Shown piece by piece: positions 15,680 through 29,199 of a stretch of 53,952 nt of DNA. Position numbers and translations under genes: made by a program. The notes beneath the pieces were generated by a model. It worked only from the letters and a program-made list of their open reading frames with translations. It searched no databases and was not told the DNA's origin. Location: assembly GCA_963575745.1 (NCBI GenBank), contig CAUYUJ010000279.1, positions 62,001-115,952 of the forward strand. The letters are read 5' to 3'. Positions within the stretch are counted from its first letter, which is position 1, and every line of letters starts with the position of its first letter. The DNA comes from Prorocentrum cordatum (taxonomy: Eukaryota).

Positions 15680-16410
15680 TTGGCTCCTCCCTCGCCGTTG
15701 TCGCCGTCGGCGTCGCCGTCCTCCCTCCTTCTTCGTCGTTCGCGTCGTCGCCGTCCTCCCTTCTCCCTCGTCGCTGTCGTCGTTGTCGCCGGCGTGGTCC
15801 TCCCTCCTCCCTCGTCGTCGTCTTCGTTGGCGACGACGTCGTCGTCGCCTTCGTCGTCGTCGTCGTCGGCGTCGTCGTCGTCGGCGTCGTCATCGTCTTC
15901 GTCGGCGTCGTCATCGTCGTCGTCGGAGTTGTCATCGTCGTCGTCGTCGTCGGCGTCGGCGTTGTCGTCGTCGGTGTCGCCGTCGTCGTCGTCGAAATCG
16001 TTGGAGCCGTCGTCGGTGTCGTCGTAGTCGGTATCGGCGGCGTCGTCGTCGTCGTTGTCGCTGTCGTCGTCGGCGTCGGTGCCGTTGCTAAGTGCCAGTT
16101 GGTACCTACCGTCACGGTCTTAAGAGGTCTTGCGACCAAGTTGCGGGTGGGAGGGTGGGATGTTTGCACGAGCAGTGGAGAGGACAGCCCCAAGTTGAGC
16201 AAGTGATTAATCGCACCACATAGATTGCACCACATGCGTTGCTCAACCTATATTGCACAAGGTAGATCGCACGACACCTATTGCACACCATGGATTGCAC
16301 ACCATGGATCGCGCCGCACCTACTGCACCGCATCGATGGCACCGCACAGGTCGCACCGCATCGGTTGCACCACAGATGTTGCTCCACACAGCTTGCACAT
16401 CACACATTGC
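14290..16410. repeat. composite minisatellite block
   Basis: ~65-75 bp GCCGTCGCC..CGTCTGGACCGTG units (14290-14560), GATTGCACCACATA repeats (14560-14750, 16210-16410), a ~130 bp duplicate (15005-15135 / 15290-15420), and (GTC)n (15430-16085). Confidence 0.75.
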
Positions 16411-16439
16411 TAGAAGCGCTCCGTTGAGGGAACCACGAT

Positions 16440-16630
16440 GGCTACTCCAGAGTTCGTAATAAAGGGAGGGGGTCTCATTTCGGGGGGGGGTCTCTTCCAG
16501 GCTATCTTGGAGGGCCTGGGGGGGGGTCTGGGGACGCTGTTTTGGAGGGCTCTCCCACGGGGGAGGTCTGAAATGGCTTGTCTTGGAGGGTCCAGACCCC
16601 CTCCCTTTTATTACGAAATGTGGAGTAGTG
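16440..16630. mobile_element. CACTA-like MITE
   Basis: ~35 bp TIRs (CTACTCCAGAGTTCGTAATAAAGGGAGGGGGTCT and its reverse complement). The right end reads CACTA in reverse; GAT lies on both flanks (16437-16439, 16631-16633). Confidence 0.75.
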
Positions 16631-17559
16631 GATCCTCCACTAGGGCTCCCAACTTCGCGCTTCGCGCTGCGCGAAGCGCGAAGCGCGAATAACTTCGCGC
16701 TCTCGCGCCGCCCCCCCAAAGGGAGAATAGGAGGACGAGGAGGAGGGGGAGAAGGAACGAGGACCGCGAAGCGCGAAGCGCGAATAACTTCGCGCCCTCG
16801 AGGGAGCCCTTGCTCCATGCGGGAAGGGACCCATGCGGCAGCGACCGTCCGAGAGTCCCCAGTCGGGCCCGGAAGCCGTCCCTGAGACTGCCAACGCCGC
16901 GGATCCACGTGCCTGTTGGGCCAATGCGAATCCTAAGCCAGGCCAGGACGCAGTCCCTGGGACTTCGACACCGCGAGTCAGCGTGACTGCTGCGGCATGA
17001 CGACCTCAAACCATACCAGAACATCCTTCGTGAGACGTTGACCGTACGAACCCTTGAAGCTGTTGCAGGACGTCTGACACGAATGCGAGCGGCGCTAGGG
17101 GATCCCATCAATCCTTACAGAAGTTGCAAACTTCTGGGACGAATGCGCGCGGCGTCAGAGACAGGACCACAATTGGAAAATCACCCGCACTCCATCCGTG
17201 AAGCTGCCGCAAGCGTTTAAACCGAATGTGCGCGGCGCCAGCGCGAGAGCCACATGTTGAAAACCACCTGCCCTCCATCTGCGGCACTGCCGCGAACTTC
17301 TACGACGAATGGTCGCGGCGCTAGGAGCGATACCGCCGTTTTGACAACGGGCTGGATGAGCAGGGGGAGGAAGCAGCAGAGATAGGAGGAGGAGGGATGG
17401 AGGGAACGTCGGCGGCGCGCACAAGCGGGTATGGGGGAGGGGCGGAGGCTTCTCAGAAGCCTTCCCCCCTTTCCCCCTACCCCCCTCTGCGCGTGGGCGA
17501 GACAGGGAAAGAAAGAGCGATAGAGAAACAACAAAAAAACAAGAGAGAGAGAGAGAGAG

Positions 17560-17593
<34 letters not shown>

Positions 17594-17855
17594 AGAGAAG
17601 GGCGGAGGGAATCCGACGGAGCAACAGTAGTGCAACATCAGGAGAAAGCACGACTGGAGCCCCAAACACCATGGTTCTGCCGCATTTTTCGAGCCGGCTC
17701 GATCGGTGAGGGCCCCGGGGCCGAACACCAGGCGAAAACGCAAGGCGTGAAACAATGTCATCGCCCACGTCAAAGGAATGATTTAGTTCTATTGATCCCG
17801 ACTTTCGTGTGGGATATCCCAGTGCCCCGCCCCCCCCCCCACGGCGCGCAGGGAT

Positions 17856-18014
<159 letters not shown>

Positions 18015-18528
18015 CTGTTTCTCCGGACTTTCGCAGGCGCCCACGCGCAGCGGTCAGCGGCGCGCGACTGGGAGATGAGCAATGGCGACGGGGGGCTGCC
18101 CGCAGGCGCGATGGCGGGGCGGCCCACCAGGCGTGGCAGTGCGCTGCGCAGGAAGGAGGAGGCCGAGGTAGGCGCCTCGGCGGCCCGCCGTCGGGCGCGG
18201 GCGCGGCGCCTCCTCGCCGCCACGGCGGCAGTCGGCAAGGCGGCCAGCGGCGGCCCAGGTTCCTGGCAGGACCGGGAGGCTGCTGCGCGCCCCGCCCTGC
18301 GCCGAGCCGCCGCGGGATGCCGCGTCCCAGGCGCAATGCGGCGGCGGCGGAACGCCGCGTGGCACGCGCTGCTGGTCCCTGCGGGCGGATTCGCGCGCGC
18401 GTCCGCAGCGGGCCATTCGCGGGCCGCCGCAGGCCCCCGCCTGGGCTGGCTGCCCTCGCTCCCGGAGGCGGCCGCGCTGCCCTTCGGCGACCACGGCGAG
18501 GCACCCGACGAGCACTGCCAGGCTCCCG

Positions 18529-19770
18529 GTGCCATGGACTGCTCAGTGCTGGGCGGCGCTGCCGCCACTGATGGATGGCGGCGCCCCCCCCATAGTGAGC
18601 TTCGCGAACCAGGTCGTCGCCGTGGCAGTGGACGGCAGCGTCCAGACGGAGCTCCTGGGGGGCGAGGATCACCTCGATCGCCTGCGGCGGGTCTCGCGCC
18701 AGCGGCTCGAGGCGGCACAGCGGCCCGCGCTCAAGCCTGCCGCTGCCCTGTTGGCCCCGCTGCCCGAGGTGCTCCAGGTACGGATCGTTGGCATGCTATC
18801 CCTGCCCGACAGGCTGCGGTTGAGCCAGGCCTCAACTGGGGTCGCCTGGACCTTCGAGAGCAGCCCCTGTCGGCTCGCGGAGGCGCTGGAATCGGATCTG
18901 CGGGACGCGGCGCTCCTGCAGCAGCTGGAGGGCGCAAGGCTGCACAGGGGCGCGAACGCCGACGGGGACCTGGGCCGCGGCTTCGGCTCCGACTACCAGC
19001 TGGACATGCTGAGGGGGGAGTTGCACCATCCCGCGTCGGACCGCACCCAGTACAGGGCCCTGGTCGCGAAGCAGGCCCAGGACATCCGCTCCCTACGAGA
19101 AGGCTGGGCTGCTGCGGAGCATGCGCTGCGGGACCAGCTCGCCACGCTCAGGGAGCAGCTGCAGGCGTACATCGCGATGAGCTCGGATGCGCCAGCGGCC
19201 GCGGGCGAGCACAACGATGACGCATCCGATGGCTCGCTCTCGTCCCTCGTGGTGGAGGATCGAGGTGATGTTTGCGAGATCGAGTTGGACGACCTGCAGG
19301 CGATCACACAGCAGCACTGCGCAGCGGGGGGGAGGCTCAGAGTCCCCCGAGGCGCTGGCCCAGCACTGCTGGCCCGATCCGTTCCCTACAGCGGCGATGG
19401 CATCGACACAGGCTTCTTGTCTGCAGGCGAGCTTCTGGAGGCGGCGGCCGCCTCGCGGTTGGCCCTCGCAGCGGCCAGCTTCCTCCTCGGGGTCCCACTC
19501 GAGGCGCCCCAGGCCTTAGACGCTCAGATGCCCGCCCGCTTGGGGGCCTTGGTGTCTTCACGGGATCTGCTCGTGTCGCAGGCGGGTCCAAGGATCACGA
19601 ATGCCTGCGCCGAGCTGCTGCCTCTGGGGGGGGAGGGACCCCGTGGCGTAGGCTGTACCCCGTGGGGCTCGGCACACGCCAGGGTTCACTCCCTCCCGCC
19701 CCTCTTGGGCAGCGTCTGCGCTTCTTGCGCCCCAGCTTGCTCTGCTCTGTGCCGCCAGCCAGCAAGCTGA
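18529..19770 (+). CDS. hypothetical protein with F-box-like motif and coiled coil (N-terminus probably in the 18075 frame, frameshifted)
   Basis: LAPLPEVLQVRIVGMLSLPDRLRLSQAS (18751-18834) fits the F-box pattern LPxExxxxIxxxLxxxDxxxLxxx; QAQDIRSLREGW...LREQLQA is coiled-coil-like. Confidence 0.5.
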   Translation: MPWTAQCWAALPPLMDGGAPPIVSFANQVVAVAVDGSVQTELLGGEDHLDRLRRVSRQRLEAAQRPALKPAAALLAPLPEVLQVRIVGMLSLPDRLRLSQASTGVAWTFESSPCRLAEALESDLRDAALLQQLEGARLHRGANADGDLGRGFGSDYQLDMLRGELHHPASDRTQYRALVAKQAQDIRSLREGWAAAEHALRDQLATLREQLQAYIAMSSDAPAAAGEHNDDASDGSLSSLVVEDRGDVCEIELDDLQAITQQHCAAGGRLRVPRGAGPALLARSVPYSGDGIDTGFLSAGELLEAAAASRLALAAASFLLGVPLEAPQALDAQMPARLGALVSSRDLLVSQAGPRITNACAELLPLGGEGPRGVGCTPWGSAHARVHSLPPLLGSVCASCAPACSALCRQPAS

Positions 19771-19963
19771 GTTGCCGTGAATGCTCGGTGCCCTGCCTTC
19801 CGCTTGCCTCGGCCGAGGCGGATGGCGTGGCCTCTAGTTTCAGGCGAGTCTGCGAGTGTGCTTCGGCACGGGTCAGGTCTTGCGTCCGCAGCGCCAGAGG
19901 GAAAGGCCATGGCTTCGGGAGGCTGTATCGAGCGGGGAGCTCCAGACCTTCTTGGATGCGTGG

Positions 19964-20500
<537 letters not shown>

Positions 20501-20556
20501 TCCTCGGGGGCTTAAACATCCTCTATCTCCCGTGGCTCTGCCCGACCCCTCGCGGC

Positions 20557-20718
20557 CCGCGTCCGCGCGAAGGCGCCCAGGGCCCGCATGCCCTCCGGCC
20601 CCGCCCGCGCGTAGAGCTGCACCACCTCGGCCCCCGCCCGCGAGCCCCGGTTGCCCACCGCCAGCCTCACCACGGCGCTGGGGCCGCCGGGGTCCTCGCA
20701 GCCCAGCAGCTGGCTGGC
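20557..20718 (-). CDS. GH3 gene exon, fibronectin type III-like domain
   Basis: ASQLLGCEDPGGPSAVVRLAVGNRGSRAGAEVVQLYARAGPEGMRALGAFARTR contains the VxNxGxRxGxEVVQLY and LxxFxR motifs. AG acceptor, GC donor; 162 nt. Confidence 0.9.
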
Positions 20719-21155
20719 CTCGAGGAGGAGGAGGAGGAGGAGGAGGAGGAGGAGGAGGAGGAGGAGGAGAAGAGGGAGGAGGAGGAGAAGAGGGGAGGAG
20801 GAGGAGGAGGAGGAGGAGGAGGAGGAGGAGGAGGGAGGAGGAGGAGGAGGAGGAGGAGGAGGAGGAGGAGGAGGAGGAGGAGGAGGAGGGGGGCTCGGAC
20901 GCTTCCTTCGTTTTCGTGTCGCCTTCGTGCTGCTTGGGGTCTCGTTGTCGTCTTGTCGTTTTGTCGTTTTGTCGTCTTCGGCTTGCTTTCGGTGTCCCCT
21001 CGCTCTGTCCTCGTCCCGCCTTCGCTGCCAAGCGAAATAAAAACGAGAACGGCCCACGAGACCGCGAACAGAACACCGTTCTGGTCGAGGCTTGGCCTCG
21101 AGGGGGAGGCGCTGAGCAGGGGCCGACCGTCCCGGCATTCTCGCAGGCCTACCAC

Positions 21156-21339
21156 CCCAGAGATCCGACGCAACAACAAACATAGGAGCGGGCGGGTTTG
21201 GGCTGGCTTCGGCCTCTGGGGGCCCTCGCCGGGCCTGGGGACCGTCCAAAAACGGCTCAGGATGAAAAAACCGGCCCCAGGGACGTGGTCCAGACATCCA
21301 GGGGCCACGCATCAACAAAAACAGCCCCGGATGCCTGGG
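21156..21339. mobile_element. ~185 bp MITE copy
   Basis: CCCAGAGATCC...GGATGCCTGGG with the same family core. Confidence 0.7.
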
Positions 21340-22032
21340 ACGGCACGTTCTTCGAAAGAAGAACTGTTTATAAACCAAACAGCGTTCTTGGAACATAGCA
21401 CCGATGGATTCAAACAAGACTCCATCGGCCAGACATGTTCCACGAACATTCCGTGCAGACCACAGGCGGCTCTCAGGACATGACTTGGTGGACCTACTGG
21501 CAGGCCAGGACGCGCCGCCACTGCCTGCAGGAGTGCGCCACTCGTCCACTCGCGCGCACCGAGGCCCTGCCCTGGCCAGCCCTGGGCATGCTACACTGGA
21601 GGTCCCGCCCGCCCGGCAGCTGGGCCGGGAACAGCAAGCCACCTGCTCCATCGAAGCACGCCAATAACGGCTTCTAAGGAGCAGCCACAAGCTTCTCAGA
21701 AGGGGCGCTCGCGCCTTCCAAGGAGGGGGGGGTGCTTCTAAGAAGCCTTCCCCCCTCCCGCCGCCCCACTCTGCGCGTGGCTGCAGCTGGGCCAAGAGGG
21801 AGCGCACGTGCGCCGACAAGGACCGGCCTCGCGCGCATGGACAAGGAGAAGGGGAGAGGGAGGGCGAGGGGGGGGAGGGACGAGGAGCAAGGGGACGGGG
21901 TGGGGGAGGGGGAGGGGGAGGAGCAGGAGGAGGAGGAGGAGGAGGAGGAGGAGGAGGAGGAAGAGGAGGAGGAGATGGAGGAGCAGGAGGAGGAGGACCG
22001 ACAAAAACAAGGACTGGCGCCCCCGCTCCCGC

Positions 22033-22103
22033 CTCCAGGGGGCCGTAGGAGAAGCTGGAGTACGACAACCCGTGCCCGAAGGGCAGCAGCGGCGCCGCCC
22101 CGC
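22033..22103 (-). CDS. GH3 beta-glucosidase-like gene, exon
   Basis: GAAPLLPFGHGLSYSSFSYGPLE contains the PFGxGLSY hallmark. Acceptor CAG|G, GC donor; 71 nt, phase-consistent. Confidence 0.92.
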
Positions 22104-22151
22104 CTGCGGAGGCCAAGAGGTGCCGACGACGACCACGACCACGACGACCGA

Positions 22152-22199
<48 letters not shown>

Positions 22200-22209
22200 A
22201 ACAACGACG

Positions 22210-22256
<47 letters not shown>

Positions 22257-22677
22257 TGACGACCACCCTTACGACGACGACGACGACGATGACGACGACG
22301 ACCACGACGACGAAGTCGTACGATGTACGTAGGTGGCCTCTGCGGGCGGCAGCTTCCTCCTCTGCTGCACCACCAGAGATCTGGCGCTCCAACAAGAATT
22401 GGAGCGGTCTGTTTCTGCATGGCTTCAGCCCCCAGGTAAGACGAAGCTAGGACGAGGAACAAAAATCAAGTGAGGATCCGTCGAGAATCCCTGAGATCTG
22501 GCGGCTCCGGAGGACGTTTCGGGCGCCGCGGCCCTCTCGGAGCGTCCCCGAACGCTCTGGAACGGACTCGTCCTCGTCCTGGCCCCGCCCGACCAATGGC
22601 CCTGGTGGGGCCTCGGGACCGCCGAGAAACGACTCAGGACGAAACGCCGGCCCCAGGATTGGAGGCCTAGAAATGGG

Positions 22678-22843
22678 CACCAACACCAACACAGGGGTTT
22701 CCCTCCACATGGGGAAGATGATCCTAGATTTCGGTGTTGGTGGCAATGTTTCGGTGATCTTGGAAGCCAGAATATTACCACCATCACCGAGATCGGGATC
22801 TTCTTCCCTCGGTGGAGGCACACCGCCGATATTGGTGTTGGTG
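22678..22843. repeat. fold-back element with ~70 bp imperfect inverted arms
   Basis: CACCAACACCAAC...CCTCCAC..GGGAAGATGATCC..GATTTCGGTGTTGGTGGCAAT pairs with ATTACCACCATCACCGAGATCGGGATCTTCTTCCC..GTGGAGG...TTGGTGTTGGTG. Confidence 0.75.
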
Positions 22844-23577
22844 TCAACCTCTAAGCCTGCGACAAGAGAGTGGTCCAAACCTCCGAGGCCCACGCATCGA
22901 AAAACTTGGAGCAGCCGGATGTCTGGGACTGCCACTTCCCGGACCTCCGACCAGATCTGCGGGGCGGATCCAGCGGTGGCGACGAGGGCCCCCCAGGAGG
23001 CCCCATCAGAGGCGAAAACGAGAAAGGGCAGCGGCAATGCTCTAGGGATCTTTGAGGCAACCGTCCTCGCGCGAAGCGCGACCCACTTCGCACCCTCGTG
23101 GTGGCCACAGGGCATCGGTACCTCTTCTAGGGAAACGAACTCTATACACCGACGCTTTTTCCGACCCTGCGCTGAAATTCGCACAGGAACGCGGATTCTG
23201 GTGTTTTCGGGAGCCTGGTGTATACATGTTTCGCTGCTTCCCTGGGAAAACGGGAAAAAGTGTACACCGCACCACCCCGACGTCGTCCCCGACCCTCAAA
23301 AAAAGTCTTGAGATTGAAAAACCGCCCGCCACTGGCAGTGTGTACGTTCCAGCTTCCGATCTTCCTCCGATCTTCCTCCGCGCCCAGGCGAGGGCCCCGT
23401 CTGGAAATCAAACCGCCCTCCGCGCGTGTGCAGTCTGGACCTGCCCTGGGACGCGCAGGAGGGGAGGAGGAGGAGGAAAAGGAGGAGGAGGAGGAGGAGG
23501 AGGAGGAGGAGGAGGAGAAAGAGGAGGAGGAGGAGGAGGAGGAGGAGGAGGAGGAGGAGGAGGAGGAGGAGGAGGAC

Positions 23578-23794
23578 CTCCGCCGAAGGCGCCGAAGCCG
23601 CGATAGCCCAGGCGCAGGCCCTCGCAGTAGCGCGCCTCGCCCGGCGCCTGCGGGCCCGCCGCCACGGCGGGCGCGTCCCCGAGGCGCCGCGGCCACGAGT
23701 AGGGCAGGCGCCCGGCGGGGCAGCTCGCGCCCAGCAGCGCGTCCGCCACGGCCGGCGCCAGCTCCTCGCCCCCGAAGTGCACCAGAAGCACGGC
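23578..23794 (-). CDS. GH3 beta-glucosidase-like gene, exon
   Basis: AVLLVHFGGEELAPAVADALLGASCPAGRLPYSWP...ARYCEGLRLGYRGF matches the GH3 motifs GxExxxAxADxLxG, PxGRLPxSW and YxEGxxxGYR. Acceptor CAG|G, GT donor; 217 nt, phase-consistent with neighbours. Confidence 0.92.
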
Positions 23795-23811
23795 CTGCCA
23801 CGAGCGGAGAG

Positions 23812-23994
23812 CCCAGAGATCCAACGCACTGACAAAATCGGGGCGGAGGTCTTTCGCGAATTTCGGCCCCTGGGGGCCCTCGCCGGGCCTCGGAACCGTT
23901 AAAAAACGACTCAGGACGAAAAACCGGTCCTGGGGAATGGGTCGAGACTTGCGGGGACCGCGTATTGAAAAAATCACGACATCGGATCCCTGGG
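23812..23994. mobile_element. ~185 bp MITE copy
   Basis: CCCAGAGATCC...GGATCCCTGGG with the family core TCGCCGGGCCTCGG..AAAAAACGACTCAGGACGAAAAACCGG. Confidence 0.75.
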
Positions 23995-24322
23995 AATACG
24001 TGAAGGGGCCCAGGAACACACAAAGAAGAAGACGCACGCCCCAGGATCCCCCCCACACAGTTGTCCAAGTTTCCTGGGTGTGCGTCCTCCCTGTTCTCTG
24101 GGGAATCGTCGGTGATCTGTGTCTGTCTGTGTGTGCTTGTTCCCCGCCTGAATCTATCCGTGTCCGCGCCCTCGCGGTCTGGATTCCGGGGGGCGGGCCA
24201 ACGGATACGCGGTCGCACGGATGCGTTCCGCGCGGGGCGTCCGCGGAAAAACGTCCCGAATCCGCGCCCAGGGGCCCCGTCCCGCGAGGCCGCGGCGGCG
24301 GACCTGCTCGCCGCCCAGGGGC

Positions 24323-24706
24323 CTGGACCTCGCCCAGCCAGGGCAGCTCCTTCGGGCTCCCGACGTTCAGCAGCACCACCACCGGGCCCCGGGCGGCCGC
24401 GGTCACCCTCTCGACCAGCTCGTTCTGCCGCCCCAGCAGCCGCATGTGCAGCTGGTCCATGCCCTCCGACTCCCACGCGCCGTCAGTCCCCAGCGCCAGC
24501 ACCACCGCGTCCGCCGCCGCGGCCGCGGCGCCCGCCGCGAGGAGCATCGCCTCCTCGGCGCGGGCGCGCTGCCGCCGCAGGCGCCAGTGGACCACGACGC
24601 CCGCCAGCACGACGCCGCTCAGCGCCAGCATCCCGTGCAGCGCCGCGCCGCCCGCGAGCGCGGCCAGCAGCATCGCCACCGCGCCCACCACGAGCGCCTC
24701 GGGGAT
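24323..24706 (-). CDS. GH3 beta-glucosidase-like gene, exon (hydrophobic hairpin + GH3 C-terminal domain)
   Basis: Translates IPEALVVGAVAMLL...AAAADAVVLALGTDGAWESEGMDQLHMRLLGRQNELVERVTAAARGPVVVLLNVGSPKELPWLGEVQ, with the GH3_C motifs ADxVVxxxG, ESEGxD, QxxL, VVVLxxG and PW. AG acceptor at 24708-24707 (an alternative acceptor near 24697 is possible) and GC donor at 24322-24321. Splices in phase to the next exon. Confidence 0.88.
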
Positions 24707-25059
24707 CTACTGACCGGGATCAATCCAGCCCCGGCCGGGTCAGTCAGGCTTTGCAGGGTCCTGGGAGATCCTGCGGGATCCTGCGGGATCCTGCGCGCAA
24801 GCCTCGGTCAGTGCACCCCGGACTCTGCAGCATCCTGCAAGCTCCGGCGCTCCGACCGACCCCCCGTTTGCATTGAGCCCCGAGCGCCCACATCCACCAC
24901 GGCGCCGGCGGCCGCGCCCGCGTGCGTTCCGCAGCCGCCGCCTGCCTGGCGGCCATCTCCGCGGGGTCGGTCTGCTTCGCCCCGGCCAACCGCAGCAGGG
25001 GCATCAGGCAACGCCGAACACACTCCTGCGAGAGCGGCCAGGAGCCCACCAACACAAAC

Positions 25060-26400
<1,341 letters not shown>

Positions 26401-27172
26401 TTCACCAACCCTCATCCATCGTCCCTCCACACCCGCACCCCTCGTCTGTCTTCGATCCTCCCTCCTCACCCACCCCTCATCCCTCCTCCCTCCTCCCCCT
26501 ACCCCCGCCACCTCGTCTGGCCTCCTTCCGCCCTTCTCCCCCATCCCTCATCCGTCCTCTCTCCTCCCCCCTCCTCCCCCCCCTTCCCTTCCTCGTCCCC
26601 CGCCCCCGACTCGTCCCCGTGTGCCCCCCCCCTCCCCGACTCGTCCCCGACTCCGTCCCCTCTCCTCCCCCCCTCCCCCCCCCTTCCCTTCCTCGTCCCC
26701 CGCCCCCGACTCGTCCCCGTGTGCCCCCAAGCCTCGCTCCGCCCTCCTCCCGCCCCGTGCTGCCCGTGCCCCCCCCCCCCCCCCCCACACACACCCAAAC
26801 CACCGCGGCAGGGCGGACGCTCGTGCCCGCCGCGCAGCTCGCGCGCCGCCCCCCCCTCCGCCCCCTGGGGCCCCCTGCAGCTCCCCATCGCCTCCTCCTC
26901 CTCCTCCCCCTCCTCCTCGTCCTCCTCCTCCTCGTCTTCCTCCTCCTCCTCCTCCTCCTCCTCCTCCTCCTCCTCCTCCTCCTCCTCCTCCTCCTCCTCC
27001 TCCGCATCCCCCTCCTCCTCCTCCTCCTCTCCTCCTCCTCCTCCTCCTCCTCCTCCTCCTCCTCCTCCTCCTCGTCCTCCTCCTCCTCCTCCTCCTCCTC
27101 CTCCTCCTCCTCCGCATCCCCTCTCGCGTCGCGCGCCGCGCAACGGAGGCAACCCGCCCCGCGGTCCAGGGC

Positions 27173-27222
27173 CGCACGGCGCGAGCATGGGACAAGGAAC
27201 CAGTGGACTAGGAGCCCAGGGC
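27173..27222 (-). CDS. tentative GH3 exon (end of PA14-like insert)
   Basis: (G)PGLLVHWFLVPCSRRA, AG|GC acceptor, GC donor; phase-compatible with the 29084-29129 and 24323-24706 exons. Weak similarity only. Confidence 0.35.
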
Positions 27223-28214
27223 CTGGGAGCTGGTGGAGGTCCACCGTGGACCCGCCATGAGTGTCGCCGCCGCGCCGCCCTCATCGCATACGGGATCCTC
27301 CAGCGTCTGGTCCCACCCTACGGGCTCGTCGGTGTGTTTCCTGGTGGTGTGTAGGGCGACGTCACGTGAAGAGCGGCCTACATGCACACAGGGCAGCAGT
27401 GGCCTTCTACGGCCGCACTCCGAACGAACATCGCCGCTGAAAACATGGGCAAGCTGTTGAGCGTTAGTCTGGTTCTGTCTGGGTCCACACGCGCAGCCCA
27501 GAGGAATCCGAGCACACCTCGCACGGGGTGAACTTTACGAGAGCAGACTCTTCTTGAGGGATGCACAACGTAGATACCTAGGGTACTTACCACATGCTTG
27601 CTCCTTCCTTTGCGACAAAAGGCTGCGCTGCCTATCATAAGATTGCTCGAACATCCTGACCCGCATCCGCCTGCGCAAAGAATTGCGTCGATTGTGTTGA
27701 TGCGTCCCCCCTTCCTTCCATTCACCATACCGCCTCCCTTTCTGCTTTCCCCCTTCCGGCCTTCCTTCTCGTCCTTCCTCCGCCCTCATTTCTCCTTCTT
27801 GTCCTCCATTATTATGTATCCCCCTTTCTCCCGCCTCCCTCCTCCGTCCAATGTACTCCCGTCTCCCCATCCATCCTCTATCCTCTCTCCTTTTCTTCGC
27901 CCACCAACTCCATCAACCTGCCGACTCCGTCCTCCGTGCTCCCATGCCTCCTCCTCCTCCTCTCCCTCCACTATCATAGTCCATCCTCCTCCTGTTATTT
28001 CCCCTCCTCCTTTTCGTCCTCCTCCTCCTCCTCCTCCTCCTCCTCCTCCTCTTCATCCCCTCCTCCTCCCCTCCCTCATCCTCCTCCTCCGCTTCCCCCT
28101 CCTCCTCCTCCTCCTCCTCCTCCTCCTCCTCCTCCTCCTCCTCCTCCTCCTCCTCCTCCTCCTCCTCCTCCTCCTCCTCCTCCTCCTCCTCCTCCTCCTC
28201 CTCTCCCTCCTACT

Positions 28215-28248
<34 letters not shown>

Positions 28249-29083
28249 CTCCTCCTCCTCCTCCTCCTCCTCCGCATCCCCCTCCTGCTGCTGCTCGTGG
28301 CAGTCGAGGGTGACCCTGTGGCCATGCAAACCTGTCCTGCCGAGCACCCCTCGTCTTGACACACGGGGTCGGGGGCCCATGAGGGAGGACGTAAGAGGTT
28401 GAGAACATGCGAGGACAAACGAAACGGTGGCGGTGGAAACTGATGGGACCAACGAAATGTAGAGAACAGCACACGATCACTTACAACGAGGTGGGGGAAG
28501 GGGGGGGTGCCCGAGGCAACGCAGCACGCGAGGACGAGGAAGAGGACGGGAGGGTTCGAAGCTTTGAAACAGGGGGGGGGCCGGGAGGAACGCGGAAGTA
28601 GGTAGGTAGGTGGTTGCGTAACGGCATTGCAAACAGCAGCTGCGCCTTTGCTCGGCCTGAAAGGTGAGGTGGAGCTCCAAGAAGAAAGCGGGCGGCCGTT
28701 AGCGAGGTGGGCCCTGGCAGGCGACAGTGCTGCAGACGGCGAATGCAGCGTGTGAAAAGGGCGCGATGAGGAGCGGGTGGATGCGCAGAGGAGCGGGATG
28801 CAGCAGACGGCAAACGAAACGGTGAAAAGGCCTGGCGCGGAGGTGGCTGCAGTAGCCTGCTCTTTGGGGGCGAGGCTGAGGGGTGCAGTTACCGTGCTCT
28901 TCTGGCGGTGGTGCAGTTACCATGCTCTTTTGGGGCGGGATCCCATCTGCGCCTTCGCTCGGCCACGCAGGCGGCAGCGCTGCAGGCGGCGAGCATGGCA
29001 TGTGGGGGGGGGGGGGGGGGGGGCGCGCGAGGAGGCGGGCGAGGTAATCGCACGAGGAGGGGACTGCCGTGAGCGATCTGGGC

Positions 29084-29129
29084 CCTGGCAGACGACGCTG
29101 CTGCGGACGGTGATTATAACGTGGTGGGC
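29084..29129 (-). CDS. tentative GH3 exon (PA14-like strand)
   Basis: AHHVIITVRSSVVCQ(G), CAG|G acceptor, GC donor; phase fits the next candidate exon. Confidence 0.35.
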
Positions 29130-29199
29130 CTGGGCGCAGGTGGGTGGGTCAGTCGCAACAGCCTCTGCGCGCGCCCCCCCCCCCCCCCCCCCCCCGCCC

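Noticed and set aside
27300..27710. Further retroelement or DNMT remnant; similar unique-looking patches at 47420-47950 and 49420-49810
   Set aside because: No motif could be identified with confidence.
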